In this document: one piece after another, positions 24,373-34,150 of the stretch
Layout: each line of letters starts with the position of its first letter
How positions within the stretch are numbered: position 1 is the stretch's first letter
Virus record (IMG/VR): IMGVR_UViG_3300027956_000022
Location: 1-39,037 of that record
Source: a virus
Taxonomy: Duplodnaviria; Caudoviricetes
DNA: 39,037 nt
Reading direction: 5' to 3' (one strand)
Translations under genes and position numbers: made by a program
The notes under the pieces: generated by a model
Seen by the model: only the letters and a program-made list of their open reading frames with translations
Databases searched by the model: none
What the model was told of the DNA's origin: nothing

Positions 24373-25788
24373 CTACGTCGCCTCCGCACCGCGCATGTAC
24401 CCGAGCCGCTCCGCCGCTGCGATGCTCCGCGCCGTCACCCGGGCGATCTCTGCCTCCGTGAACCCACCGGGGGCGATCACGTACACCGTCTCTCGCTTTG
24501 TGATCTCGCTGTCCGAGCCCGTGATCGACGACGACCCCAGTGACGACTGATTCGCATTCCGTGCCGCCTCGACTTGCTGCTTTTCCGATGCCGTCATCCC
24601 TCGGTTCTGGCCGATCGCGTAGGCCGCTCCGCCCGCGACTCCAGCCACAACTCCGAACGCCGCTGCCGCAGCGCCGTGCTGCGCCGCCGCCTTGTAGTTA
24701 TCGACCGCGAGCGACGCCAGCGCCATCGCTCCCTCGAAGATCGCCCGCGAGGCCGCCTCGACCGCGAGCGCCGCCAGCGCGTCCTGCGCCATCTTCGCGT
24801 AGGCAGCCCCCGAGGTGTCCCCCATCGTCTCCGCTGCGCCGCCTGCCTCCTCCATAGCGTCCGTGAAGGATGCCGCCTGCGTAAGCATCGGGGAGAACGA
24901 CTGCGCGAACGAATTGGCCATCTCGCGGCCGGCAGACTCAAGCGCCCCCTGCACCTCCCCAATAGCCGTCTTCCACTTCTCCATGGCCACCATGGAGTTG
25001 TAGATGTCGTCGTCCATCTTGGGAACGGCCACGGCCCATGTGCCCGACACAACCTCTTTAGCGAGACGATCCAGCGTTTCCGACAGGCCCTTAGCCGCGT
25101 CGGCGGTCGCCTTCATCTCCACGAAATCAACAGCATTGCCAAGGGACGCCTCCCCAGGCCCCTTGTCGAGTTCCTTGAGCAGCTTTTTGTATTCGATCTG
25201 CTGCCGAAGTCGCTCGTTCTCAGCTGCAAGGTTCTGGATCTCATCCAGGCGTAGCTGCGCCGTGCGGAGTTTGGCCCCGTGGAGCCCCACCATTTCCGCC
25301 TTAAGCCTGGACACCTCCTCCCGATGCTCAACCTCAGCGTCGGTTAGCCCTGCCAACTCCCCCTTAAGCCTGCGGTTGGCTTCACGAACGGAATCCCGGG
25401 CGTCGCCGACAACGCGAAGGGAACGGGTTGTAGCCGCCGCCTCTTTTTCAGCCGCAGCCTCCCGCTCCTTAGCGGCCTTTTCGGCGGCCTTGGCCTCCTC
25501 CTCCCACGCATCAACGAGAAGTCTAACGCCGGCCTGCGCCAGACTGAGGGCCAGGAGCACTCCGCCCCCGCCCATAATCGCCCCGGCGATGCCCGAAAGC
25601 GCGATCTGCGCAGTGCGCCCCTGTGGCCCGAACTCGCCGAGCGCCTGGGTGAAGAACATGGCGGACTCGCGAGCCCGGCCCATGCCCTGCTTCATTTCAT
25701 TGAGCGCGCTTCCGGCTTGATTCAGCCCGGCCTTGAGCTGTGAGGTGTCAGCGCCGATCTTGACAACGACGGGATTGGGGCCAGCCAT
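24373..25788 (-). CDS. tail tape measure protein (short, 471 aa)
   Basis: VVKIGADTSQLKAGL N-terminus; Ala-rich helical; follows the chaperones. Confidence 0.8.
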   Translation of the reverse strand: MAGPNPVVVKIGADTSQLKAGLNQAGSALNEMKQGMGRARESAMFFTQALGEFGPQGRTAQIALSGIAGAIMGGGGVLLALSLAQAGVRLLVDAWEEEAKAAEKAAKEREAAAEKEAAATTRSLRVVGDARDSVREANRRLKGELAGLTDAEVEHREEVSRLKAEMVGLHGAKLRTAQLRLDEIQNLAAENERLRQQIEYKKLLKELDKGPGEASLGNAVDFVEMKATADAAKGLSETLDRLAKEVVSGTWAVAVPKMDDDIYNSMVAMEKWKTAIGEVQGALESAGREMANSFAQSFSPMLTQAASFTDAMEEAGGAAETMGDTSGAAYAKMAQDALAALAVEAASRAIFEGAMALASLAVDNYKAAAQHGAAAAAFGVVAGVAGGAAYAIGQNRGMTASEKQQVEAARNANQSSLGSSSITGSDSEITKRETVYVIAPGGFTEAEIARVTARSIAAAERLGYMRGAEAT

Positions 25789-26075
25789 TAACGGACCCCG
25801 CTTTCAGCCGCAGAGAGATCGGACTCCAGAGCAGCAAGGCCCGCCTCATCCAATGGCTTTGCCCGCGACGAATCGGCAGCCTTCCAGCCGGCATGGACTG
25901 CCAACACCTCAAGCAACTCGGCCGCCGGAGGATGGCGCTCCCAGTAACCGGACAAGTCGCGCCACTCCCGCACCGTCATTCGCTTTGCCTCCCGAGGTGT
26001 GACCCCACACCCGTTGACGATGCGCCCGTAGACGCCGCGAAAGTTCGGCGGTCCTACGGGCGCGGCGCTTCCCCC
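25788..26075 (-). CDS. tail assembly chaperone, frameshifted (GT) portion
   Basis: The -1 frame is open from the GGGGGAA site through ATG 25979 to 25788; TPREAKRMTVREW...YWERHPP. Confidence 0.75.
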   Translation of the reverse strand, partial: GGSAAPVGPPNFRGVYGRIVNGCGVTPREAKRMTVREWRDLSGYWERHPPAAELLEVLAVHAGWKAADSSRAKPLDEAGLAALESDLSAAESGVR

Positions 26076-26365
26076 GGTGCCGCCTCCCCGTCAACGATCC
26101 CGGAGGCGACGTAGACATCACGCACAGCGGCCGCCAGCGCGGCCTCCTTGCGCATGGCCCGGAACGGAAGGGCCCGCTTGACCGCATCCGCGTCCAGCCC
26201 GGGGTTGGCAGCCGAGGCAAGGAGCAGGATGATCTCCACCGCCCGATCCCAAGGCTTCTCGTCGTCCCGCAGCGGGCGAGCCTCGATGGCCGCGACCCGC
26301 TCTGCGTCGAACAGGGTAGCGTCGGGGATCTCGATCTCCAGTTTGCCGATCCGAACCTTACTCAT
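26054..26365 (-). CDS. tail assembly chaperone (G)
   Basis: Between tail tube and tape measure; slippery site near the 3' end. Confidence 0.75.
   Translation of the reverse strand: MSKVRIGKLEIEIPDATLFDAERVAAIEARPLRDDEKPWDRAVEIILLLASAANPGLDADAVKRALPFRAMRKEAALAAAVRDVYVASGIVDGEAAPGEAPRP
26069..26075 (-). other. programmed -1 frameshift site G GGG GAA
   Basis: In-frame CCG GGG GAA; the -1 frame joins the downstream ORF. Confidence 0.7.
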
Positions 26366-26367
26366 GC

Positions 26368-27111
26368 CTAGGCCCCATGCAGCGTCTTGAAGAGGATCCC
26401 GTTAGCGTCGGGCATCGCCGTAAACGAAAGCTCGAACGAAGCAAAGTCCTGAGGGGTCAGGGGGAGGGACAGGCCCGGGATCACGACGCGCGGGAGATGG
26501 ATGCCGAACGTCTTACCCTTGGTCGTGTTGTAGGCCCGGAGCGCGTAGTAGGTGCTGGGAGCCTCAACGATCGCGTTGGTGCCGGTAACGGTCGAACCGG
26601 TCGTCTCCGTGTAGTCGTAGGTGATGGTAACGCTGTGGGCCGTGTCAGCGGCCGCGAACGTGTAGACGCCGGCGGAGACCGAATACTCGCCGGTATTGGG
26701 GGACGACGCGACCTCAAGCAGGCGAATCCCAGCCGTATTGTCGACGATCTGGAGAGTCGAGGCGTACTTGGCGGCATTCGTGACCGTCACCTGATAGGGC
26801 GTCGCAGGAACGGTGCTGGTCTCGCTGGCGAGGTGATACGACCCGGTAGCCTTGGCCGTACCGGGCAGAGCCGACAGGAGAAGCTCGGGGGTGATCTTGG
26901 CAAACTGCACCTTACCGGAGCACGCGAGGGTCTTACGGGCGACCTCCTCAACGTAGTAGTTCTCTCCGCGGAGCTCAGCCAGATCAACGGCAAAGTCAAC
27001 AGTCAGGCCGCGGAGCACGCCGAGCTTCTCGCCCTCGACGTTGGAACCCGGCGGGACGATGAAGCACGACCCCAGATTGAAGATGCTTCGCGCGAATTCA
27101 AGACCAGCCAT
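26368..27111 (-). CDS. major tail tube protein
   Basis: Position; ELRGENYY...CSGKVQFA...FELSFTAMPDANG; GAGGAG SD. Confidence 0.8.
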   Translation of the reverse strand: MAGLEFARSIFNLGSCFIVPPGSNVEGEKLGVLRGLTVDFAVDLAELRGENYYVEEVARKTLACSGKVQFAKITPELLLSALPGTAKATGSYHLASETSTVPATPYQVTVTNAAKYASTLQIVDNTAGIRLLEVASSPNTGEYSVSAGVYTFAAADTAHSVTITYDYTETTGSTVTGTNAIVEAPSTYYALRAYNTTKGKTFGIHLPRVVIPGLSLPLTPQDFASFELSFTAMPDANGILFKTLHGA

Positions 27112-27134
27112 GTGTATGTCTCCTCGTTAAGCCC

Positions 27135-27162
27135 CGCATATCAACGGGGCACGGAACCGCAA
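27135..27162 (-). promoter_or_regulatory. putative late promoter copy 3 (TTGCGG-N16-TATGCG)
   Basis: Intergenic, upstream of the tail tube gene. Confidence 0.7.
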
Positions 27163-27165
27163 GGC

Positions 27166-27633
27166 CTACGCGGCATAGGCCAGAACCGAAAGCGGAATGA
27201 CTGCGACCCCTTGACCCGTCAACTCGCCCGGCACCATCTCCACCACCCCGGAGATCCAACACCGGACAAGCGCCCCGGCGAATGCCCAGAACCTCTCATC
27301 GCCGGCCTCAAGGTCGGGATCCTCCTCGGTTCCGAGCACCAAGGCATCCTCGACCTGCTGAATAATCAGGTTCAGCTTCGCGTCGGGAGTCTCGTCCTCC
27401 TGAGTCGTGGTCACGTAGACAACGAGTTGGAGCCCGATTTCCCAGAGGACCGGTAGACCCACAGCGTTGGTCGGGGTTTGCGAATCGCAAACTAGCACGC
27501 CGAACGGCTGGACCCGACGCACGGCCGTATCTGGCGGCACCCATCGCCGAGACCAAGCCCTGATATCAGGGCACCGGGCCTGGAGCCGGTCGAACAGGGC
27601 AGCGACGATCGCCTCTCTATCAAGCGCGGCCAT
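27166..27633 (-). CDS. tail terminator / completion protein
   Basis: REAIVAALFDRL...QGVAVIP pattern; directly before the tail tube. Confidence 0.65.
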   Translation of the reverse strand: MAALDREAIVAALFDRLQARCPDIRAWSRRWVPPDTAVRRVQPFGVLVCDSQTPTNAVGLPVLWEIGLQLVVYVTTTQEDETPDAKLNLIIQQVEDALVLGTEEDPDLEAGDERFWAFAGALVRCWISGVVEMVPGELTGQGVAVIPLSVLAYAA

Positions 27634-28207
27634 TCGTCTCCTTAGCGGCGCGATTGAGGGCGCCCATGATCATCTGCGCCCACCACCCCTGCGCCTCGGC
27701 CTGAATCGGCGGAGCGATCGGGTGGGGGTACAGAACGTGATCCCGATACCGCTTATCGGTGACGATCGAACGAACGCGGTACTTCATCCCGCCCTCCCGC
27801 ACCGTTCGGCTAGACTTCTTGGTCACGGTGTAGGTGATCTGCCGGCGGGGCCACCCCCAACCCAGCATGTAGGCGTAATCCCGCTTCGGAAACACCATGA
27901 TCGAAAGTGCACGGCTCCGACTCCTGAACGACGCCCCTGGCTTGTCCACCCGATATTGAACGCTGGCCCGAGCTCGCCCCGTCGCCTGCCCCCTTTTCTT
28001 GGTGGGGTTCCCGGGCGCGTCCCATGACTCGCCCCGCAGCGGCATCTTCGATTGCAGGCGAGCCTTGAGAACCGAGCCCACATAGTCGGCCGTGCCCATC
28101 AATTGCTGCTGAACCGCTGGCTCAAGCGCGTGGAAGTAGCGTGCCGCCTCCTCGGCCCCCTTGATCTCGATGCTGATCGCCTGCCGGCGAGCGGCCGAGA
28201 GAGCCAT
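27620..28207 (-). CDS. neck / tail completion protein (HK97 gp10-like)
   Basis: Basic protein with a TGRARAS motif; start at ATG 28207. Confidence 0.55.
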   Translation of the reverse strand: MALSAARRQAISIEIKGAEEAARYFHALEPAVQQQLMGTADYVGSVLKARLQSKMPLRGESWDAPGNPTKKRGQATGRARASVQYRVDKPGASFRSRSRALSIMVFPKRDYAYMLGWGWPRRQITYTVTKKSSRTVREGGMKYRVRSIVTDKRYRDHVLYPHPIAPPIQAEAQGWWAQMIMGALNRAAKETNGRA

Positions 28208-29073
28208 TACCCCACCGAGATCCGGCGATAGCGGTCGACAATCGCCATCGCGTTGGCGAATTGCGCCCCGGCGTCGTATTGCACCGTGTCGCCGTTGACG
28301 CTCAGGGACGACTGTCCGGGCGCATCGGCTCGCCGGAACTTGAGCACGACAAGTTGAATGACTGCGTCCTCCAGATCCGTCGGCACCGTCGCATAGCCGG
28401 AGGAGTAGACGATCGCAACGTTGCCGGTGCCCTTGGTGAAGGTGTACCCGTAAAGGCACACCACGTTGCCGTCTAGGTAGTATCCCGCCTCGGTGGCCGA
28501 CGGCTGCTCGGGGACCGCGGTCCCGTCCACCGTGACGCTAGTCACGGAGGCGACCGGGAACTCCGTAAGGTGCCACCGGGTCCCGCCGTCCCCGTCGAAC
28601 CTGTCGGTCTTGGACGCGGCCGGCACGTCGAGGGCCCGGTCGGTGGCCCTGCGAACCTCGGCGGAGACAGCCTTGATCGTGCGCGAGAGCTCGGCGTCAA
28701 ACGTCCCATACGCCGGATCGGAAAACTCCCTTCGCATGTAGCTCTTGACGTTGGCGAGGGTCGTAAGGTCGCCACGGGAGGCGGCATCGGTGACAGCGAC
28801 CTCGCCATACCACGTAGACTGGAGCAGGCCCGACACGGCAACGAGGGAGGCGTCCAACATGCCGGCCGTGTTGAGGTCGCCTGCGTCGATCGTCACCGTG
28901 ACCACGTTCCCAGCCGCGGAGACATCCCCGCCCGCGCTGGTCTTGGCGAGTGTCCCGGCCGTGAACGTCAGAGCCCATGCCGTGAGGTCGGGCGAGGTCC
29001 CATCCGTGTTGTAGACGGTCAGGACAAGGGAAGCTGAATCGCCCCTGGGAACCGAGAATGAAAAGTCGCTCAT
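28207..29073 (-). CDS. head-tail adaptor with N-terminal Ig-like (BppU-like) domain
   Basis: RGDS...DLT beta domain, then LTTLANVKSYM...PVASVTSV...YSSGYATVPTDLEDAV...DRYRR adaptor motifs. Confidence 0.75.
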   Translation of the reverse strand: MSDFSFSVPRGDSASLVLTVYNTDGTSPDLTAWALTFTAGTLAKTSAGGDVSAAGNVVTVTIDAGDLNTAGMLDASLVAVSGLLQSTWYGEVAVTDAASRGDLTTLANVKSYMRREFSDPAYGTFDAELSRTIKAVSAEVRRATDRALDVPAASKTDRFDGDGGTRWHLTEFPVASVTSVTVDGTAVPEQPSATEAGYYLDGNVVCLYGYTFTKGTGNVAIVYSSGYATVPTDLEDAVIQLVVLKFRRADAPGQSSLSVNGDTVQYDAGAQFANAMAIVDRYRRISVG

Positions 29074-29082
29074 TTGACCGCC

Positions 29083-29110
29083 TGCATATCCCAATGGTTG
29101 TTAGTGTCTA
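29083..29110 (-). promoter_or_regulatory. putative late promoter copy 4 (TAGACA-N16-TATGCA)
   Basis: Ends 9 nt before ATG 29073, which has no SD. Confidence 0.65.
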
Positions 29111-30516
29111 CAGCGGTGCGGCACCCAGCCGGAACGACCAGTCGACACGGAACACGGGCCCCTGCCCCCCGTAGACTCAAAGTCTCCCGCCCGCGTTCCA
29201 TAGGCCCGATACACCTCGGCCACTGAGTCCGTGGAAACCCAATCAATCGCCAACACAAACGCGATTCCGTATGCGGTGGCGGCCTCGATGCACCCAAGCA
29301 CATCCGCCGCAGCGACCGCCCCCGCCACGGTAATGTTCCCGGATTCGCCAAGCGCCAACGAATCCGACGCATACCCGGACACGTCCCCGGACGCAGTGCC
29401 TGTCTCGTTGTAGTTAACGCCGCCGATCGCGTCCGCGGCGGTGACTACGCCGTCGCCTGCCGCGGTAGCCGTCTCCACCACGCCGGCAGTGTCCGCCGCC
29501 GTGGTAGCGCCCGCGCCAGCCACCGAACCCGACTCACCCGAGCCCCCGGTGTCCGTGGCCGTGGTAGAACCAGCTCCGGCCGCCGTTCCGGCCCCGGACA
29601 GGGTCGCTACGTCCGCGGCCGCAACGGATCCATCCGCAGAGGCCGTTCCCGTCTCGATGTAGTTCTGGGCCGTCGGCCCCGTGTCCTCGGCGGTAACCGA
29701 CGCCTCACCGGAAGCCGAGCCTGTTTCAACCAATGACCCCGCGTTAGCGGCCGTGACCGAGGCGTCCCCGGCCGCCGCGCCGGATTCCACGCGGGTTGCC
29801 ACGTCGGACGCGTTAACGGCACCCTCGCCCGCCGCTGTCCCGGTCTCCGCGTAATTACTGCCCGACGCTGGCGCGACTGCGAACGTGTACGAGATCCCGG
29901 CGTACGTGGTCTGTGACGCTTGGAGGGCCCGGCTAATGCTGCCCGTGGCGGCGGCCGTGCTCTGGACGCACGTGGCGACGCCCATGGCGGCGTCTGACCC
30001 GCCCGTGGTCCCGTTGCTAACGCCCGTCCATGTACCGCAGTTGGTACCTCCGGTAGTAGTTCCGAACCCGTCCGTTTCCGAGTTGGTGATGCAGTCCTTC
30101 GTGCCGCCGAAGAACACAACCAACGACCCATCGACCGTCGGGGTAACGCCCGCGTTGGCGTAGGGGTTCGCTGTCTCTGCCTCCTGCGCGCCAGCAACGA
30201 ACGTGGAACTAGCCCCAGGGACCTTGCAGATCCGGGCGAGCCGGGAGTTTCCGGTCCCGGTCGCGGCGCACGAAACCGTGGCCGTGCCCTCGCTGCCCGT
30301 CGCGACCTTGTAGAAGATCGCGTAGGTTCCGCTGGACGTGACCGCAGCATTCTTGTGCGTGCTCCAGCCTGCCGGCTGGGTCCAACTCGTTAGTTGGGCG
30401 TAGTCGTAACAGAAACACAGGAGCAGATCGCCCGCAGCCGGGCTAGGCTGCGCGGGGGTAAGGGTCCCGGTCGTCCCGACAACGACCGCCCCCCAAGTGA
30501 CGGTCCCGATCGCCAT
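29101..30516 (-). CDS. putative head/neck fibre with about ten 20-aa repeats
   Basis: N-terminal beta domain (GDLLL...PAGWS...IFYKVATGSE), then ETGTAAGEGAVNASDVATRV-type repeats. Confidence 0.65.
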   Translation of the reverse strand: MAIGTVTWGAVVVGTTGTLTPAQPSPAAGDLLLCFCYDYAQLTSWTQPAGWSTHKNAAVTSSGTYAIFYKVATGSEGTATVSCAATGTGNSRLARICKVPGASSTFVAGAQEAETANPYANAGVTPTVDGSLVVFFGGTKDCITNSETDGFGTTTGGTNCGTWTGVSNGTTGGSDAAMGVATCVQSTAAATGSISRALQASQTTYAGISYTFAVAPASGSNYAETGTAAGEGAVNASDVATRVESGAAAGDASVTAANAGSLVETGSASGEASVTAEDTGPTAQNYIETGTASADGSVAAADVATLSGAGTAAGAGSTTATDTGGSGESGSVAGAGATTAADTAGVVETATAAGDGVVTAADAIGGVNYNETGTASGDVSGYASDSLALGESGNITVAGAVAAADVLGCIEAATAYGIAFVLAIDWVSTDSVAEVYRAYGTRAGDFESTGGRGPCSVSTGRSGWVPHRCRH

Positions 30517-30531
30517 CTGCCGGGGGTGCCC

Positions 30532-30951
30532 TTACGAAATGTGAATGTCGGTGATCTGCTCCGTCATGGTGTCCGCCGTGGTCAGCGACCGGGTGGCGGA
30601 CAGTGCGCCGTAGCAAATGATCTTGCCGGCCGTGCCGGAGGCAACGGTACACAGGAACCAATGCGTCGCGTTCGTCAAGGTGATGCTAGTCCCCCACGTC
30701 ACAGCGGCAGACATGGACGCCACGCCGGCCGCCGACACGCTCCAGTTAGCGGAGGTGACATTCTTTCTCGCGTAGCCCCCGGAGGTCGTGTGCTCTGTAA
30801 CCGTCGCCAGGGTCGTGGTATTGCTAGGCGCCGCAGTGGCAAGGCCGATCCATGTCTGGTCCGCCGCAATGGTGCCGCCCTCCACGGCCTGCGTCAGCAG
30901 ATACTGACTGCCCTCTTGCGTGAAGTTCGCCACTTGTGCCTCCTGCGTCAA
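30532..30951 (-). CDS. small virion protein (fibre-associated)
   Basis: WIGLATAAP...GGYAR...ATHW...YGAL pattern seen in small phage structural proteins. Confidence 0.6.
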   Translation of the reverse strand: MTQEAQVANFTQEGSQYLLTQAVEGGTIAADQTWIGLATAAPSNTTTLATVTEHTTSGGYARKNVTSANWSVSAAGVASMSAAVTWGTSITLTNATHWFLCTVASGTAGKIICYGALSATRSLTTADTMTEQITDIHIS

Positions 30952-31457
30952 TTGAAGTGCAACACAGCTCGCGCCACAACATCCGTACCCGCCGCCACCG
31001 TCTGAATGCAGTGGCCGATCTCGTGGTTATGCATCGTGACGCCTGCTCCTGAGTTGTCGGGCAGGCTTGCCGCAGCTCGCGCCCTCCCGTCTACCGCGTC
31101 GGATGACCCGACCCAGTAACCGACCGTCGGCGCCTGTCCGTCTGCAAACAGGATGTCGGCAACGCCAGAGATGACGACGTAACAGGCCGTACCATCGTCA
31201 GCGCCAACGGTCCAGATCGCGCCGATGGCATTGGGCACGCCGGCGGAAGTATTGATGACTGAGTTGGCCGCGCTCCCCGTCGTGACCAGTTGCCCGCGAA
31301 CGGTACGCGCGCCGGTCTTGTTTGTGAATGCTCTAGCGAACCCGCCGCACGGAGTCAGCGCGATCCCGACCGTGGGGAACTCGATCAATCCATCATCGTC
31401 GACGGAAATAACCGTCCGCCCGTATCCGTCGGTGATGGTTTCAACAGAGTTTGCCAT
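30948..31457 (-). CDS. putative capsid decoration / fibre-base protein
   Basis: NKTG...GQLV...AIG...VVISGVA...IG pattern; position after the capsid gene. Confidence 0.55.
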   Translation of the reverse strand: MANSVETITDGYGRTVISVDDDGLIEFPTVGIALTPCGGFARAFTNKTGARTVRGQLVTTGSAANSVINTSAGVPNAIGAIWTVGADDGTACYVVISGVADILFADGQAPTVGYWVGSSDAVDGRARAAASLPDNSGAGVTMHNHEIGHCIQTVAAGTDVVARAVLHFN

Positions 31458-31471
31458 GGTGGACCAGTGAA

Positions 31472-31497
31472 GCCCGGGGCGGCGGACCGCCCCGGGC
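31472..31497 (-). terminator. hairpin after the capsid and decoration genes
   Basis: GCCCGGGGCGG-N4-CCGCCCCGGGC perfect 11-bp stem; weak U tail. Confidence 0.55.
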
Positions 31498-31506
31498 CCC
31501 TATCCC

Positions 31507-31950
31507 TTAGACGAAGGTGGGATCCAGCACCATCGAGACGGTGCCAGCGATGACGGCCGTGGCGCCGCCACCCTTGAGGGCGAGGCCGGCTGAGTAATAC
31601 TTGGTCATGTCCGAAACGTAGGACAGCGGGATCTCAACCTGATACTGCGAGTCGCCCGCCGGGGTGGTGAACTCCGTCGTGGTCCCCGAGATGAACGCCG
31701 CGCCGGTACCGTTCGCGTCGCTGCCGGTCAGGAGACCGACTTGGAGTCCGGTCGGGCTGCCCGTGAGTGCGCCAGTCGCAACACCGATCAGAAGGGACCG
31801 CCCCTTAGGCATCGCAGAACCGAGGATCCAATCCCCCGTTCCCGCGTGAACGATGCCGGAATAGTCGCTCTCGTCCGCGACGGAGACGGGAGCAACGTCG
31901 AACTGAGTAGCCGAAACCAGCGGGACGCTGTACTTGGTCGTAAGAGCCAT
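31507..31950 (-). CDS. putative capsid decoration protein
   Basis: Directly after the major capsid gene; AAAGGA SD; beta-rich. Confidence 0.6.
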   Translation of the reverse strand: MALTTKYSVPLVSATQFDVAPVSVADESDYSGIVHAGTGDWILGSAMPKGRSLLIGVATGALTGSPTGLQVGLLTGSDANGTGAAFISGTTTEFTTPAGDSQYQVEIPLSYVSDMTKYYSAGLALKGGGATAVIAGTVSMVLDPTFV

Positions 31951-31976
31951 GATCGTTTTTCCTTTCTAGGCCCTAG

Positions 31977-33305
31977 TTAGGACCGCGAAGCCTGGAGGCA
32001 GACGAGGTTGGACACGTAGCTAGAGCCCGAGGACGCGCGAGCGATCTTCGCCGAGAGCGTCGGGGCGCCGCCCATGCGAACGGAAGCGCGGAACGACTGA
32101 AGCTGCTGGTCGAACGCCCACGCGATCGTGCTGGCGGTGTTGACGCCGCCGTTGAGCGCGAGGATGTAGCCGTTCGGAACAACGAGGTTGATGTCATTCT
32201 GCGCGTTGAAGATCGGGCACGCCTCCGAGGAGTAGACCGGCAGACCGAGGAGAGCGCCCTCGGGAGACTGCCGCATGTCGGGCGAGTAGAGCGGGTAACC
32301 GGCAGTAGCGTCCGACTTGAGCGCCCAGATCATCGGGAGCACGGTCGGGTTCACGAGCCAGAACGCGCCCGTCCCCTTGAGGGACGAGGCCTTCATGTTA
32401 AAGATGTCCTCAGCCGCGATCACGGACGCAGTGGAGGCGAGATCCGAGAGAACGAGGAGGCCCGGGGCGTACTTGATGCCGAGCGGCTCATCCTCGCCGG
32501 TCCCGTTCATCACGTAGTTCTCCATCTTGTAACGGATCTTCTCGGCCATCTTGTTCTGGACGAACGACGCCAGGAACGGCATGTCCGACAGCGACTGCTC
32601 GGACACGGAGACGAGCGAGGAAATCGTGTGGAGAACGATGTTCAGCTTCTTGATCGCAGGCTTCGACTGGGTGATCGCGGCGCCTTCCGCGGTCTTGGCT
32701 CCAGTGATGCCGGTGGCCGCCCACGGAACGTCCTCGTCCTGAGGAACCACGAGCATATTGCTCGAAGTCTGGATCGGATTCAGGGCCGTCAGGAACGAAT
32801 CCTCGGCCATGACGGCAGACATGATGCCGGCCGCATACTGCGGAGGAAGCGCGAAGCCGCCATCGGCGCCGACGGTCTCGCCTCCGAACGTCGAAACCGC
32901 GTTGACGAGGAGGCGGGGATCCGTGTGATTGCGGATCGCACTCTCGCGAACCGCCATCAGGAACTCGCCCATGCCCTTGGTAAAGCCGTGGTTCGCGTGG
33001 TTATGAGCAACGACGGCGCCGCGGGCCCCCTCGTTCGCGTAGACCGGAACCGTACCGGCCGGAGCGGTATTGAGCGGCTGAACGACGCGGGCGACGGGCT
33101 GAGCAATCTTGGCCTTGGCCTGCTCCACGCGCTCGATGTTGGCGATCTCCTGCTCCGTCTTGGCGAAGTCCGCCGAGAACTTGTTGAACTGCGCCTGCTC
33201 CTCGTCAGTAAGCGCGCGGTTCTCCGCCGCCGCCGCCGCCGTCAGAGCCTCCATGCTGCCACCGAGCTGCGAGAGGAACTGGTTAAGCTGCTCCTTGCGA
33301 TCCAT
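31977..33305 (-). CDS. major capsid protein, HK97 fold
   Basis: Coiled-coil delta domain, DGGFALP, GTGEDEPLGI, LLGLPV. Confidence 0.93.
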   Translation of the reverse strand: MDRKEQLNQFLSQLGGSMEALTAAAAAENRALTDEEQAQFNKFSADFAKTEQEIANIERVEQAKAKIAQPVARVVQPLNTAPAGTVPVYANEGARGAVVAHNHANHGFTKGMGEFLMAVRESAIRNHTDPRLLVNAVSTFGGETVGADGGFALPPQYAAGIMSAVMAEDSFLTALNPIQTSSNMLVVPQDEDVPWAATGITGAKTAEGAAITQSKPAIKKLNIVLHTISSLVSVSEQSLSDMPFLASFVQNKMAEKIRYKMENYVMNGTGEDEPLGIKYAPGLLVLSDLASTASVIAAEDIFNMKASSLKGTGAFWLVNPTVLPMIWALKSDATAGYPLYSPDMRQSPEGALLGLPVYSSEACPIFNAQNDINLVVPNGYILALNGGVNTASTIAWAFDQQLQSFRASVRMGGAPTLSAKIARASSGSSYVSNLVCLQASRS

Positions 33306-33331
33306 GTGGTGATCCTTTCCGGCCGTGCCGG

Positions 33332-34150
33332 TCACTTCCCGTTGACTGACTTACCCGGCTGGCCGGGGCGCTGCGTTCCAGGGCTGGCCCCGGAAAACTT
33401 TTCATTTAGGGCGCGGGCCTGAGCGCGCGCCAGATCGGCAACCGCACGAGGCGAGGCGACGCTGCGGGCCTTCGCCGCCGGCCCCGCGGGCTTCTCTTCC
33501 TTCTCGGGCGCAGGCGGGTCGGCCCTGCGCACCTCATCGGCGAAGCCGCGCGCGAGGGACTCGTCCGCAGACATCCACGTCTCGTCGGCCATCCACGCGC
33601 TGATCTCGGCAATGCCGCGCCCGGTCGCGTTCGTGTAGATGTCGAGGAGGGTTTCCCGGATCTTGCGAAGCGCGTTAACCGTCTTTCGCGCCTCGTCCTC
33701 GATCATGTCCGCGTTCCCGAAGGCGAAAACGCCGCCCATCGGGTCGTGAATCATGAACATTGAACCCTCGTTCATGACGACCCGATCTCCGGCCATCGCA
33801 ATGATGGACGCAATCGATGCAGCGAGACCATCCACGTAAACCGTGCGCTTGCCATCGAACGCCCGAATAGCGTTGAAGATGGCCATGCCATCGAAAACGA
33901 ACCCGCCAGGACTGTTGATGTGGACCGCGAGTTCGTCGGCCCCCTTAGCCTCAGCGATGGCTGCAACGACATCGGATGGATCAACGCCCTCCCCGGTCCA
34001 GGGGTCCTTGCCGATGGCGTCGTAGATGTAGAGCTCCGCGACCGCGCCGCGCTTGGCTGCCGCAAACGGGCGCCCCACGGGCGAAGCGACGCGGGCCGCG
34101 ATCTCCCGGGCCTTGACCCACGACGGAGGAGGAGGGGGGCGGAGCATCAC
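33332..34150 (-). CDS. prohead protease, ClpP type
   Basis: INSPGG, DGLAASIAS, FMIHDP, ETWMSA. Confidence 0.92.
   Translation of the reverse strand: MMLRPPPPPSWVKAREIAARVASPVGRPFAAAKRGAVAELYIYDAIGKDPWTGEGVDPSDVVAAIAEAKGADELAVHINSPGGFVFDGMAIFNAIRAFDGKRTVYVDGLAASIASIIAMAGDRVVMNEGSMFMIHDPMGGVFAFGNADMIEDEARKTVNALRKIRETLLDIYTNATGRGIAEISAWMADETWMSADESLARGFADEVRRADPPAPEKEEKPAGPAAKARSVASPRAVADLARAQARALNEKFSGASPGTQRPGQPGKSVNGK

Noticed and set aside
29230-29860. Repeats considered as a CRISPR array or DGR template/variable pair
   Set aside because: Degenerate in-frame protein repeats; no spacers and no reverse transcriptase or cas gene
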